Assembly: GCA_040954595.2 (NCBI GenBank)
Contig: CM082579.2
Location: 12,339,834-12,403,833, forward strand
DNA from: Balanoglossus misakiensis
Taxonomy: Eukaryota > Animalia > Hemichordata
DNA length: 64,000 nucleotides
Reading direction: 5' to 3'
Every line of letters begins with the position of its first letter. Within the stretch, counting starts at the first letter, position 1. Under the pieces are notes generated by a model. That model saw only the letters and a list, made by a program, of their open reading frames with translations. It had not been told where the DNA came from and made no database searches. Shown here one piece after another: positions 26,701 to 39,613 of the stretch. The translations under genes and the position numbers were made by a program.

Positions 26701-29700
26701 AAATGTGTCAACAATTTAAAAACTTTCAACTTTAGGATTAAAGCTAATAAAAAACTGATATAACAACTACAAGTTTCAGTTACCAGATATGAACTGAATG
26801 TCCTCACATTGTAAGCCTCGCTATCAAGTAAAGATAGTCCGATTAAACATTTAATCCCTTAACACTCTGTTGTAGATGTGTTCAGTGCAGAAACTCAATA
26901 AATGATTGTAACTTCGATGTAACAAATGATATACATGTAGTAATTGGAGAAATTAATTGTACAGCCATTGACAGTAACAGAAGACTATGAGGCAGAAGAA
27001 GCAAATGTGGTCGAGTTGTCTGATGACAGTAATATTTACATAAATTAATTAAATTTGGAATTTAATGTGTGGTGCTAAATAATGAACAGTACTTAATAAA
27101 CAGTTACATAATAATACAGGGGTCGATGATTCCATTAATATCAACCTGAGCGAAATACACAAATGTCAAGTATCGCCTTGAAATGGGGCACAGGTTATTT
27201 TACTGCATAAAATCACCAGTTCAATGTGTATAGTCTCGACACCTGAACCTCGACAACGTTTACTCGGGCAAGCCCTACACTATACACGGCCTATGTACAC
27301 CATGGGGGATGCCACAGAAGTGGTAGCCTATAGTGTGTCCTAGAATAATAAAAGGACATACATGTCATCATGAAATAATGGCGCAAATACAGGCGTACGG
27401 TCAGAGATGCATGAAACTAATCTGGTGAGCTGTCATCATTTTGGTTCATGATCTACTTCAGTGTTTTTCGGGGTATGAATCTAAAAATAACACACCAGCT
27501 GATTGTGAAAATACATCACGGAACTCATGATTCAATTTTGAAAGTATGTCTACTAGTATAGGATGACTGCCAGGGGAACAGGTGCAAATCACAAACAGGC
27601 ATTCCCCAGAACAATGAGAAGCAAAGTGCCTTGCCCAAGGGCACAAGATTGCGGCAATGAAGTAACCATCCTCAGAAAATCCATGGCGATGAGCATGTCT
27701 GGGTTCGAACCCTCTGACTTGGGTACGTTACCACTAGGTCACGATGCCAGATATCACTACATGACATTATGCTCCTATTTTTTTTTAAATTTAGGAGCAT
27801 TTACTTCTATAAGCAGGAAAGTTAACTTCCTAGGCTGCTGAACTGTACAAACAGGGATTCGCCCGAGTTCGAGTGGTACGCAATTAGAACAAATAGAGTT
27901 CAAGAAGATTGATGTATTGTCATTTTGGGTAGCTTGTATGCCACATCTCTAAATAAAATAAATGCTTATTATGGTGCTGTTACGGAGGCTTAATGAGGAC
28001 AAAGAGGTAATTGTTTTTTTGGTTCATACGTGTAATTTTTTATTTTATACTTGTAATTTTTCTTTCATGTCTTTAATAACAATTTCATACCAATAATAAA
28101 ATCAATAATAGAAAATTGTCGCTGAAATCCAAACTATTATTATTCCAATTATAATAATTGTATAGTTCTTAATTTAATTGTTGTATAATATGTAGTCCTG
28201 TTGCTGGCCTTATACTCAAATATTTGATTTTTGTTTAAGTAAACCATACTCCAACTCACCTGACAATATATTTCTAAGTTCTTCATGCTGCTCTTCTTCC
28301 AAATCGAAAAAACCATGTGTATCAATCAGATTGAAGTTTAAACCATTCAGGAAGGTCTCAAGGATAGTCGTTCCTTCTTCACCTGTGTTTTGTGTCTCGA
28401 CCACATTGAATGATGCTCCTTTTAAAATGTGTTCTGCCATAGCTATGAACGATGACTTTCCAGCTCCAGTAGGCCCAAATACAGCTGCAAAATTGTCAAA
28501 ACACAAACGAAATTGCATATGACGTTGTGTGAAATTGGGAGCTGAATCTGACTGTTAAAGTAATATTTTGTATATTGTTAGCAGGTCCTCTTCCGTTGAG
28601 CATGGTCAAGTGAAATGTTCTGGTGTTACACTTGATTTATTTTGTATCAAATAAATAACACAAGGTAGCATGAAAGACACTGTTGCTCTCTCAGTGTGTG
28701 ATCAGATATTGTAGTATGGTACCCGAGTTGCTCTCTAGCATTGCTGTAATAAATATTTACCATTGCTGGATTGAGATCTAATCCAATCAATATTGTTGAT
28801 GGTAGCATGATATAATGTAATTTGGATTTCATTGATTTGTGTAATGCTGCTGTATTAAAAATCAATGTTTATTTGTATATTTTGCAACAGTAATTTTTGC
28901 AGGAAAAGCTAGACAATTTGCAGTAACTGCGGTAACTAGAACGTAAAACGCGAAAGCAGCGTATGGTAAATTTGTTAAGAAATATCAGTCAATGTCAGAC
29001 TGTGACCTGTGAAATCTCGAAAATTACCCAGCCATGGCAGCATCATAACTGTGATAACATGTGATAAATCAACATCCATCTGAAGCTGCCGGAAGAACGA
29101 CAGACTAGAGTGACCTGAGTTGACCTCTGTGACACTAGATTGTTTTGAACTGCATTGACATTACAATCTTCAGATAATCAACAATTGTTACTGCCAATTA
29201 TTGACCGATTCCGCAATACTTTAAAGTGAATAAAATTAGCTTGCATCAAATATTCTTGTTTACTATTTGTAAAAATATTACAAAATTATTTGAAAATGTG
29301 TGCAAGACAACGTTTGAAACGTATACATCAAAAGCAAGGATTGTTCCATTGACAAGACCTAAGGTAAAGATACTGTGTAAAATATACTGTACATTTTAAT
29401 GCACACCTACAAAAAACCAAGTTCTACCAATTTCACATCTCCTACAAATATCTGGGACGACATTTATTGAACGATTTAACGAGGAGGGAATGTGGTAACC
29501 ATGATTTGACTCGTTAGCATTTACATAACCAAGACCTAGAGAACATAGACTGACTGACTAGAAGACAAACTGTTATATAATTATGACAAGGAGTGTCAAC
29601 TATCATGTTTGACTGACAATGAGATATACTCGACTGTATCTATTAAATCAGGACTGGACTTGAATGGTGGACAGGACTATCTACAACCTGGAATTGACTT

Positions 29701-32700
29701 TTGGTTTTATTATTTCTCACTTAAAAATGAGTCTGAGTGTACCAGTCCAGTCCCAGTTTTACAATGAATAGTCTTCAATTACTACAGTCAGTAGAGTTCT
29801 TAAGATAACATGCCTCACAGAAGGTCTTATAACATATTGTGTAAGAGTGAAGTTAAAGCCCAAAAACCTGCCAAGTATTTTATTGTGGAAAATATGCCAA
29901 ATTTGGCAGCTCATGGGGCGTTAATACAGTGTCTGATGTTATACCAGTGCTAACATTGTTGAACTTTCACAAACTAACCGCTTGTTTCTGGACAAAGATG
30001 AGTACCCAAAGTTACATTTTGTTAGTGCATGTGATATATCTTCGACGGCATAATCACATTTTTCCGAGGCTGAATCTTTGGACATGTGTGTTGTCATAGT
30101 GATTGTGAGAGGTCACAATAGACAATGCACTTCTTGCAAGTACCAGTAAATCTGATTAATTTGGTGGTAAAAAGTGTCTTGGGCATGGCCAGCTGGTGAA
30201 AGTTTGTAAAAGGTGCCTAAACAATGAATGGATGGGTTGGTCAAGACACATCTTCAACAAATTTGTAGGGGCTTCGAGACTAAACAGCTCTTGACATGAT
30301 AGTAAAACAACAGTACAGTGTCAAACAATAACAATGTTGGATAGATAGAGTGTGTCAGAAAGACAACGGTATAAATATCACTCTTACATAACGGCAATAT
30401 TTTACAGGACCTGTTGTGACTATAGTAATTTACATATATTATCTGATTTCAAGTGTTTGTGTCTTTTTTTACATAATTGTGAACTGGGACTGGACTTGTA
30501 CACTCAAACTCATTTTCAAGTGAAACATCCGAAATTTTAAATCCAGTCCATGTTTTAGAAAGTCCAGTCGACGACTCCAGTCCACGATTCTAGTCCTGGT
30601 TTAGATACAGCCCACCCACGTCGACCGTCCTTAAAATGTAACAGGCAACTCAAAAACCTTGAAGTCCCTTCCGATTTCTGTCACAGTTCCGATTCGCTCA
30701 CCCACATCTCCAAACCTGAAGCCAACTACCCACCAGTAAATGGTATGTATTGTTGAGTAATGACGGACTTGTTGGACGGAAGTTGACACAGGAAATAGCC
30801 TTTTTCACGTTGGAAAGGACTCCTCGGTCTATTTCATAGCCACTGGTGAGCCAAAAATGGAGCTATATCATTGAAATCATGACCAACCTATACGAGCTGT
30901 TTCCATTGTGCTGATGTCGAGTCCATCACAGTCAAATTCTTCGTGCCCAATCATTGTGCCAAATGTGTAGTTTTTCAACAATGGTAGACGATTTTCCAAG
31001 ATTGACTTAATGTATTGTTTTGCCAATTCTTCATCTTTCTCCTTTTTCTCCTTTGCTTCTTTATGATGCCTTTCCGTTTCAAGTTTCGCAAGTTCTGATT
31101 CCACCTCATGCTTGAGTCTGTCTCCATCACATTTCTCCTCCTGTATATAACCAGAAGCAAAATATTGCGGAAACCCAAAGTCGTATACAAATTAAAATTA
31201 GCACAATCGTGTTAACTGATGTCTAGTTACAGGTTGGAAGTTTGGAAGAGACTTCTGCTGGTAAATGTAACGCGTCATTGATACACACCTAGTAGTGTAT
31301 GTGAACTTGCGAAATATACTCTGGTGAACCATACGTTGGATACAATTACAGATAACATAAGAATAAATGAATGTAAATTAACAGCCGTGGTGCCGACAGC
31401 AAAAGTGTGATACTTCCATCGATTAGCCATGTTCTTGTCTATTTCAAGACCATTGAATGGGTGTATGGCAAATTTCAGAATGACACCTGACATTAAAATA
31501 TATTTCGAGTGTTGGAATTCTATGACACGCAGTTCAGAATGTGATACGTGTACGATTTTCTGGAACACAACCCTTCGGACTTTTTCCGCGTATGACATCT
31601 CTCAAAATCAAGCAACACAACGTTATACGGGGATTTTGACTGGAATATTGTTGCGCCAGTTAAAAAGTTTAACGGTGTGAAAGTACTCATATGGTGTGTT
31701 TGTCGAGTCTGCATTAATGCCAATGAGCGGCTAGACTTGACTAAACAAGATATGAACTGAGTATGCTCACGTGTGTATAGTTTGAAAAAGACTGAAAACG
31801 TGCTATTTTAAGCATTATCAGCAAATTCAACGTTCTTTCAATACCTCTGATCTCTATTATCCAATTATCTTTATGAAACCTTTATCCCTAGAAGGTTTCG
31901 TAAAATTTGGGCCATAACCCTAGATTTATAGTGAACTTTGCATAATTTGTCAAATCAGCAACTTACATTGAGTTTTCGGTCAGATCAATATGCTTACCTT
32001 CTTTGATGAAAGTACATGCAGTAATTTCAGTATGGTGATTGAGTGGTGTCTCTAAATTAAGGTTTGTAGCATGAATACGTGCGGGAGCAATACCTCTTGT
32101 CTCGGTATCTCTTGATTTACGAAGATAATTAAGCAAGTCCTTTAAACATGCATGCAAGTGGTTAATTAACATCAAGCTGCTAGCTGTCTCATAAAGTAGT
32201 AAGATCTCTTCACATTAAGCGTAGTAATTTCAGAAATAGACCATTAAACCAGATTTGGTGCATGATCTCTGGATTAATGAAGCTAATTGCGAAATCCGTT
32301 ATGCAAATTGTCGATTATTAACATTTCATTGCAAAATGTCTTATGACACAGTCAGATCTCGATTACATCAATATGTGCAGCAAATTTCAGAAATGCAGCA
32401 CCAATTAACAAAAGGTCATTACATATGCAAATGAGCAGATATTTGACATGACACACGTAGTACGATCATAACCTTGTGAGGTTGCTATCTGAAGATGGTT
32501 TCGTCAGATTTGGTGGAGTAATTCCCGCCCACCAAAATCTAATCAGTGCTTGCCATGTTGAAACTGAACCAGCGTACGATAACATCATTGATATGCAAGC
32601 CCCGGCCCCACCCACCAAAATCTATTCTGTTCAGCAATTCTTGAGATATTGTGTTAACATACAGACACACACACAGACAGACAGAAATCTGTTTGACATT

Positions 32701-33501
32701 AGCTCATGTTGGTGTTAACACGTGAACTAAAACGGGAGAGTGAAGTTCATAAAAATTTTGGAACAGTACACTTGCCAATGTGCATATTTAATGATTTTTT
32801 TGTAACTGGCGGTGTATTCCGGAAGTTGCTGTGCCAAAATTCTTGAAATATGACGCAAATCTTCATTTACTGTTATACATTTGACTGTAAGACATCGGCA
32901 GACCTATGTTTGCATATAACGACTACGTGTGTTGCAGTTCAGCAGATTTCCGTAACTACAACTACATAAATTTATTCACACCCAAGGGGTCCTTTTAGTA
33001 CAGTAGTATAGTATGGGCAGATGGATAACTTTGTACTCCTTATAACAATTTGGAATTAGCACTAGAGATAATATAATTTAAAAACTAGACATACTTTACT
33101 CATGACGCTTTGCTGTTTCTCGGTGTAAGATGTCCGATGCATGACATGTATGATGCACGAAAGCAAATTGATTTCATTGAAAGTATACTATTAAAGGATG
33201 GCATTTGAAACTATGACAATTGCTCATTTTTAAACATGACCCTCCCAGGACAGTTTGAAAAAATGTTAGGCCTACCCTCCCCATCGACCACTTTAGCTTA
33301 TCCACCCCTCAAGTACTATAAAGCTTAACACACCTTAACGTATCTAATTTCAGGCTCTGACTTCTCAGAAGATGAGTAGTTTGAAGGTGTGACATCCTCC
33401 TGTGAAGATGAGGAGCTTGAAGCTGTGTTCCTGCCGGTAAAATAGCCTGCTGTTCCTCCGGCAGGTAGCAGACCGATACCACCCAGTGCAGCCAGAAGCA
33501 T
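20765..33501 (-). CDS. IFI44/IFI44L-like P-loop GTPase with N-terminal Gly-rich hydrophobic segment, coiled coil and a SAM-like terminal exon; as sequenced it stops at 22176 (~368 aa)
   Basis: Exons 33501-33334 (MLLAALGGIGLLPAGGTAGYFTG...EIRYVK), 31140-30888 (EEKCDG...KEAKEKKEKDEELAKQ...LKNYTFG...TARI), 28484-28260 (AVFGPTGAGKSSFI [G1]...EEGTT [G2]...LIDTHGFF [G3]...ILS), 25084-24896 (GRIKDGETI...GKVHCLIAILD...), 22447-22173 (GFSPVSVVTYK...TFILRNH...RILETAL) and 20970-20765 (ADLDVFLQTLQ...DEDIADV...PWGIHDLVKFELDTLG*). Introns 1-4 are GT-AG and phase-compatible (0,1,1,1); intron 5 is compatible only if one A is restored. The motif order matches the IFI44 GTPase domain as recalled. Confidence 0.82.
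21943..22116. mobile_element. MITE with TTAA TSD (Kolobok-like)
   Basis: TTAA|AGGTATACGGTCACCT ... AGGTGCCCGTATACCT|TTAA. Confidence 0.85.
23364..23670 (-). mobile_element. 3' fragment of a HINE family A element
   Basis: Reverse complement of the terminal GCTGCTTGCAGCTTTAAT hairpin and of the GGTGACCTTTGACCTACTT subunit. Confidence 0.65.
24193..24360. mobile_element. truncated Tc1/mariner-pogo-type MITE
   Basis: TA|CAGTCAAACCCCTGTTAGTGGTCA start, repeated GGTCACCTCT motifs, inverted TGGCCACTATAGAGAGGTTT. Confidence 0.5.
25293..26537 (+). mobile_element. Helentron/HINE-like element, family B, in intron 3 of the IFI44-like gene
   Basis: (GTAT/GGAT)n microsatellite near the 5' end; core shared with 37440-37760 (inverted); 3' end TGGGACC + hairpin AGTGTCCTTGACGCT + T-tract. 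Confidence 0.7.
27600..27752 (-). mobile_element. tRNA-derived SINE fragment
   Basis: Minus strand: A-box-like TGACCTAGTGG, B-box GGTTCGAACCC, then the CORE-like motif GTGCCCTTGGGCAAGGCACTTT. Confidence 0.65.
29633..30611. mobile_element. degenerate TIR element
   Basis: 29633-29765 (CTGTATCTA..CAGGACTGGACTT...GAGTGTACCAGTCCAGTCCCAGTT) is inverted relative to 30475-30611 (AACTGGGACTGGACTTGTACACTC...AGTCCTGGTTTAGATACAG). Confidence 0.55.
31743..32731 (-). mobile_element. probable third HINE-like family (C) in intron 1 of the IFI44-like gene
   Basis: Terminal palindrome TTAGCTCATGT...ACGTGAACTAAAA next to an (ACAG/AC)n tract; the other end, AAACAAGATATGAACTGA...CTCACGTG, recurs in related form at ~26786, ~50889 and ~51041. 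Confidence 0.45.
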
Positions 33502-34610
33502 GTCTGTTCAACCAAAGGTCGTTATCAAATATAGCTGTAAATAAATAAACAAACAAAAAAATAAATTCAATGTCATAATAACATAATCCTCTATTTAATG
33601 AAAATGTCCAGATTTTCTGCTCCAATTGCACGATTTACAATTTTGCTCGTGAGGTCATGCTCGAGTCATTGTTTTACTAGTATGACAATTGTCAGAATCA
33701 TGATTATTGATACCATGAATCAAAAGCTGCGCATGGGAGAGCTATCGACAGCACATTGTCAATTTCTACAGATTGGTGGCTACTGCAATTACACCAGAAA
33801 TCATAATCTTGTGGAGCTTCGATACTCACACAGAGCAGTAGGTCTACCAACGATAAACTTCAAGATGTGTCCCGAGTGCCTAATTAATCGGCATTTGTAG
33901 AACTTGCAATTAAAATGTCACTTTCTTCATAATAAGAACAACAACACACTGTTAATATGACAAGAATAATACGGATGGGAATGTGGAGAAAGTTAACATT
34001 ACACTTTTGCAATTTTGGGGGCATTCAAATAGGATGGTGTGTACAAAGTTCTTGTCTTAACAGAAATTACAGGAGAAGAAAGTTAACTGGAAACGAGTTC
34101 TTCCTTTGCCAGCAAACGTTGCTCAATTGCCAAGCGAACACGGGCGCTAAACAATACTAGTTTTTTGCCATATTCCAGGTGAGTCTCTAACCTTTGTTAG
34201 CGCTGTTAAATATATACCGTTGCCTTGGAGTCCAAATCTATCAAAGCCGATTGTTATCAACTTCAAGTTTGCTTAAAATAGCATGGGCCCGCTGACTTCC
34301 ACTTTTGATTGCTTGAATTAGGTCATAATATCAAAAAAAAAATTGTGTAAAGTTCGGATTTGCACCCCAAACTATGGTTTGATAGGCGTGGCATACGATG
34401 CGCACATTATAAAGTGTCTACGCAGCACAATTCACCAATGCTTAACACGTGCCACATGAAAGTGAAGGACAACCAGAGGTAAAGTTTTAATTCATCAATA
34501 TGCCCTATGCCGCTGATAAATTAAAGGTTTACGTGAAAAACATGGTGTTAATATCATTATAAAAGTTATCCTATGCGTTATTAACGTTCAAAACTTACGG
34601 ATAATACATA

Positions 34611-34877
34611 TTATATTATACCAGTATATTGATGGTGTAAATCACGCTATTTTATTGGTCGAGACACGACACGTGACCGTGATATATTAGTCATATACCA
34701 CAGTCATATATCATAGTCAAAGAAAATGCCTTTTTAAAATGTTTTATGCAAAGTTTCAATATACTGGCATAATATAATAGCAATAAAACACCCCCTGCCA
34801 TGGTATACCACTCGATTTTGACCAGACTGGTCAAAATCTCGTGGTATGCCTTGGCTAGGGGTGTTTTATTGCTTAAA
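34611..34877. mobile_element. double-palindrome non-autonomous element (possibly Crypton-like)
   Basis: Inverted pair TTATATTATACCAGTATATTGA / TCAATATACTGGCATAATATAA enclosing ATTGGTCGAGACACGACACGTG, then palindrome AGCAATAAAACACCCC...GGGGTGTTTTATTGCT. Confidence 0.5.
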
Positions 34878-36271
34878 TCACTAATAAGCAGCTTAGGGTA
34901 ATTTAGGGTAATGCCAATAATCTAGAACTGATACAATTTTAGCGTTTCCACATGACTGAACAGAAATGACATGGGGAGGTTAGCTGGAACAACTTCTTTT
35001 ATTGCTGCCAACAATGCTCTGTTTTCAACCAAACATAGCATAGGTCCGCTAACTTTGACTTTTGATGAACTAACTGATTGCTTGCAATAAGTCCTCGTGT
35101 CAAAAAGATGAAATTGAGTGAACTTCGGATATGCACGTCACCCAAACTATGGTTCCTGGGTAAGGCATGACATGCGCACATTACAAAGTGGCTACGCAGC
35201 ACAATTTCAGACGGGGTACTCTCTCAATTCTCCACACGAAAGCGAAAGGACAACTACAGGTTAAGTAATAAGTCAGCAAAATCCCGCTGGAGAAACCAAT
35301 TTTGACGTGAAAATCGTGCTGTAATGTACATATACTTCTTATCCTAAACAGTATTGGTGTATTGAAGGCCTTTATACTAATATCGTATTAAAAATCAGCA
35401 ATATGCAGATTAGACGTTCGTAGAAAGGAAACCTTACAGCTTGTAATTCCGTGTGTACGGTTGACAAAACAGGTATTGTGTAAAGAGTGAGTACAGAGTT
35501 TAACAGAAAGGATATGAGAAGATTATCTGGAAACGAACTACTTCCTCGTCCTCTACAATGCTCGTTTATCAACCAAGCATAGATACTAGGCAGTAATTTA
35601 GCTGTTGTTTGGCCAGTCATATTCCAAAATTAATGAGTTTATTTTGGCCAAAGGTGACGCTATTATATCTACTGTCGTCTGAAACTTCGATTCCCAGCTG
35701 CGAAGCCGACTAATAATAGCAGCTCCAAGTTCGATTGATATAACATAGGTCCGCTGACTTTGACTTTCGATGAACTAACTGATTGCTTGCAATAGGTCCT
35801 CATGTCAAAAAGATGAAATTGAGTGAACTTCGTATATGCACCCAAACAATGGTTCCTGGGTAAGGCATGACATGCGCACATTACAAAGTGTCTACGCAGC
35901 ACAATTTCAGACGGGGCACTCTCAATTCACGGGAGGTTTGAAACGAACGAGCCCCATGAAAGCGAAAGGACTACTAGAGGTTAAGTAATAAGTCAGCTAA
36001 ATCCCACTGGTGAAACTAATTTGGAAGTGAAAATCGTGATGTAATATACATGTTATTCTTATCCTAAACAGTATTGGTGTATTGAAGGCTTGTATACTAA
36101 TATCGTATAGTATAAAAATCAGCAATATGCAGATTAGGGTAATTTGGGATGACGGCAATAATTTATAAGTGATAAAACTTTACCGTTTCTAACTGCATTT
36201 CCAAATATTAGCCGATTCTCCGATTTATGAGAATTTGTTGGTGTTGTACACGTAAAGTAACAACTTGTATT

Positions 36272-37809
36272 AAAAATAGCGTCAAGGACACTGTGGTCCC
36301 ATTTGAGGACATAGCACATAGCAACATAGCAATAAGCATATCTGCTCTCGATGCCAAGATATGGAAAAGTAGGTCAAAGGTCACCTGAGGTCATGCAAAA
36401 TTTGGGCAAGAAATTTTGACCCTATACTGGTCCATGTTCAACAAAAACCAAACCTATAGCCCTATTGGTTAGCCTGGAATTAGGTATGCACATCATTAAT
36501 GAGATATGCAGGTGTCACAGGTGACCCCCAATTTTGGCTTTTCAATTTTAGTCCCAACCCTCCAAACGCCAAGTCTGTACCTGCTCTGGGTGCCAAGATA
36601 TGATAAAGTAGGTCAAAGGTCACCTGAGCTCATGCAAAATTTGGGCAAGAAATTTTGACCTTATACTGGTCCATGTTCAATAAAAACCAAACCTATAGCC
36701 TTATTGGTTAGCCTGGAATTAGGGATGCACATAATTAATGAGATATGCAGGTGTTACAGGTGACCCCCAATTTTGGCTTTTCAATTTTAGTCCCAACCCC
36801 CCAAACGCCAAGTCTGTACCTGCTCTGGATGCCAAGATATGGAAAAGTAGGTCAAAGGTCACCTGAGGTCATGCAAAATTTGGGCAAGAAATTTTGACCC
36901 TATACTGGTCCATGTTCAACAAAAACCAAACCTATAGCCCTATTGGTTAGCCTGGAATTAGGTATGCACATAATTAATGAGATATGCAGGTGTCACAGGT
37001 GACCTATATTTTGGCTTTTCAATTTTAGTCCCAACCCCCCAAACGCCAAGTCTGTACCTGCTCTGGATGCCGAGATATAGGAAAGTAGGTCAAAGGTCAC
37101 CTGAGGTCACCCAAAATTTGGGCAAGAAATTTTGACCCTATACTGGTCCATGTCCCACAAGAACGAAACCTCTAGCCCTATTAGTTAGCCCGGAATTAGG
37201 TATGCACATAATTAATGTGTTAAGCAGGTGTTACAGGTGAGCCCAAAAATTTGCCTTTTATTTTGGCCCCGTTGTGCTCACTGACCAATAGACAGTCACT
37301 GTACAGGACTATTGCACAGACCAGAATTCCACAATAAGACGTGGACATAGCTTAACCATTGAGGTATAAGTAAAGGTATAAATTTAATAAAAAGACTAAA
37401 AAAATCATAAAAAATAAAACATCCATGATATCAACTTAACACTTACAGGTCGGTGTGAGGTTGACATAAGGTACATGCATACCAATTTTCAAAGCAATCT
37501 GACCAGTAGTTGTTGACTTACAGAGTTTTGATCAATTTCACAATTTCCAAGCTAATTTGCATATTTTTGGGCCTGGCAACTTCGTTTGGACAAACTCCCA
37601 TCTACAGCCCTGCCTGCACCTACACACCAAATATTGAGGTGATACGCGCAGCGGTTTTCAAGTTTTTGATGTGGACGGACATACAGACATACATCCATAC
37701 ATCCATACATCCATACATCCATACATCCATCCATCCATACATACATACAGACGCAACCCATCCCATAAGGTCCCATGGTATATAGGCCTATACCAATGGG
37801 ACCTAAAAA
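36272..37809 (-). mobile_element. chimeric HINE: family B termini enclosing family A internal repeats
   Basis: 5' palindrome AGGTCCCA...TGGGACCT with (GGAT/GTAT)n at 37680-37809; 3' TGGGACC + AGTGTCCTTGACGCT at 36278-36303; 36310-37370 is the reverse complement of 8807-9628 with an extra subunit. An empty-site paralog is at ~41778. Confidence 0.8.
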
Positions 37810-39325
37810 TGAGCAGGACAACTGCTCACTTTTAATATTACAACATATTTGAGGGTAAACGTTCGAAGAAAGAAGACATTACAGCTTGTAATTCCGTGGG
37901 TACGGTTGACAAAACAGGTATTCAAGAGTGAGTACAATCTTTTAACAGAAAACTAAAACATAGGAAGATTAACTGAACCCGGCCAATATCCTTGCCCTCT
38001 ACAATGCGTGTATATCAACCAAATACATGTATAGTCACCATGCAGTTATTCAGGTGTTGTTTAAACAAACAGATTGTTTGAATCGGTCGCCATATCAAAA
38101 TACTGAAATTGAGTAAACTTCGAATTCGCACCAAAAAGTATGGTTTGATGGGCGTGGCATGCCATGTGCACATTACAAAGTGTCTACGCAGCACAATTTT
38201 AGACGGGGCATTCTCATTTTCCTGAAGTTTGAACCAGCCACATGAAAGCGAAAGGACAACTAGAATTATAAGCCAGCAAAATCCCGCTAATATAAACCAA
38301 TTTGACGTGAAAATCTTAAAAATTTACATATAATTATTCTAGGGTAATTTATGGAAATGCCTATAACTATACATTTTCAAACATTAGCTGATCGTCTATT
38401 TTATGACAATTTGTTAGTGTTGCGCTAAAAAAACTAGAAACAGTCGTGAGCAGGACAACTTCACACTCTTAACATGACGGATATAAATTTTGGAGAAAGA
38501 ATTCAATACAGCGTTAGAGTTTTGTGAAGCACGGAGCACTGTGTAAAAAGTTTATGACTTAACAGAAACGACATGGGGAGGTTACCTGGAAACCACTTCT
38601 GTTATTGCTGTTAACAGTGCTGGGTTGTCAAACAAACACAGTCGCCAGACAGTGTTTCATTAATAGTAATTGGACATATTCCTGAAAGATTAAAGCTGCT
38701 ATCGGCAACAACAAGATGTTTACGATTTTCGTTAGTTTTCACATATTCCAAAATTAATGAGTCTATTTTTAACCACTGGTGGCGCTGTTAAAATATCCTC
38801 ATCTGAAAGCTCATTTCCCTTGTTATTGTTATCAACTTCAGGTTTGCTTGATAGAACACAGGACCGCTTGTCTTTGACTTTTGTATGAACTATCCGATTA
38901 CGTGTAATAGGTCCTCATTGAAAAAGATGAAATCGAGTTAACTTCGGATTTACACCCAAAACTATGATTGCTGGGTGTGGCATGCCATGCGCACATTACA
39001 AAGTGTCCACGCAGCACAATTTCAGACGGGGCATTCTCAATTCACCAAGGCTTAAACAAGCCACACGAAAATGAAAGGACAACTAGAGGTTAAGTTATAA
39101 GTCAGTAAAATCTCGCTGATGCAACCAATTTGACGTAAAAAATCGTGATGTAATTTACAGCTAATTCTAGACTAATTTAGGGTAATGCTTATATCTGATA
39201 CAATTATACCGTTTCCAACTACATTCTCATCATTAGCTAAATGTCTATTTTATGACAATTTGCCGATATTACACTTAAAAACTACAAACTTTCGTGAGCA
39301 GGACAACTCCACACTCTTAACATGA

Positions 39326-39613
39326 GGCAAAAAAAATAATATGTGGTCTTCCGATTACATGGTTTTCAAAAATATGGTAGGTAGGTAGGGAAATATTTTT
39401 ATTTTGCGATTTTTTGTATTTCTCTGGCCGCCATAGGGTAGTTAAATGACGTCATAGTTCCTCACAAGCGTGATTTGCGTAATTTTAGTAAATGTTGTAT
39501 ATTTGACATCGTTATTTTTACTTCCGGGTTTACGAAGCTCTAAAAGAATTAGGGTCGGCGGGGTAAAATTTTGGTTGGTCGGGTATTCGAAACAGCACAT
39601 TTTTTATTTGACC
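39326..39613. mobile_element. PIF/Harbinger-like MITE inside an array unit (copies also at 40494-40779, 44172-44458, 46221-46507 and 48272-48451, the last internally deleted)
   Basis: Imperfect TIRs GGCAAAAA..ATAA..(A/C)(T/G)TG..TCCGATTAC / GTAATCGAAACAGCACATTTTTTATTTG(G/A)CC with a 3-bp TGA (once TTA) duplication; empty sites CTTAACATG at ~38470, ~45338 and ~47387. Confidence 0.8.

Noticed and set aside
27458-27646. Possible extra exon of the IFI44-like gene
   Set aside because: Candidate acceptors give stops in the needed phase, exon 3 joins exon 4 cleanly without it, and it overlaps the SINE.
27690-27752. tRNA gene
   Set aside because: A and B boxes are too close, there is no cloverleaf, and a SINE core-like motif follows.
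38772-38788. CTCF-like CCACTGGTGGCGCTG in array units
   Set aside because: Spacing is one base short of the CCACYAGRKGGCGC core; cannot be supported without a PWM scan or ChIP.
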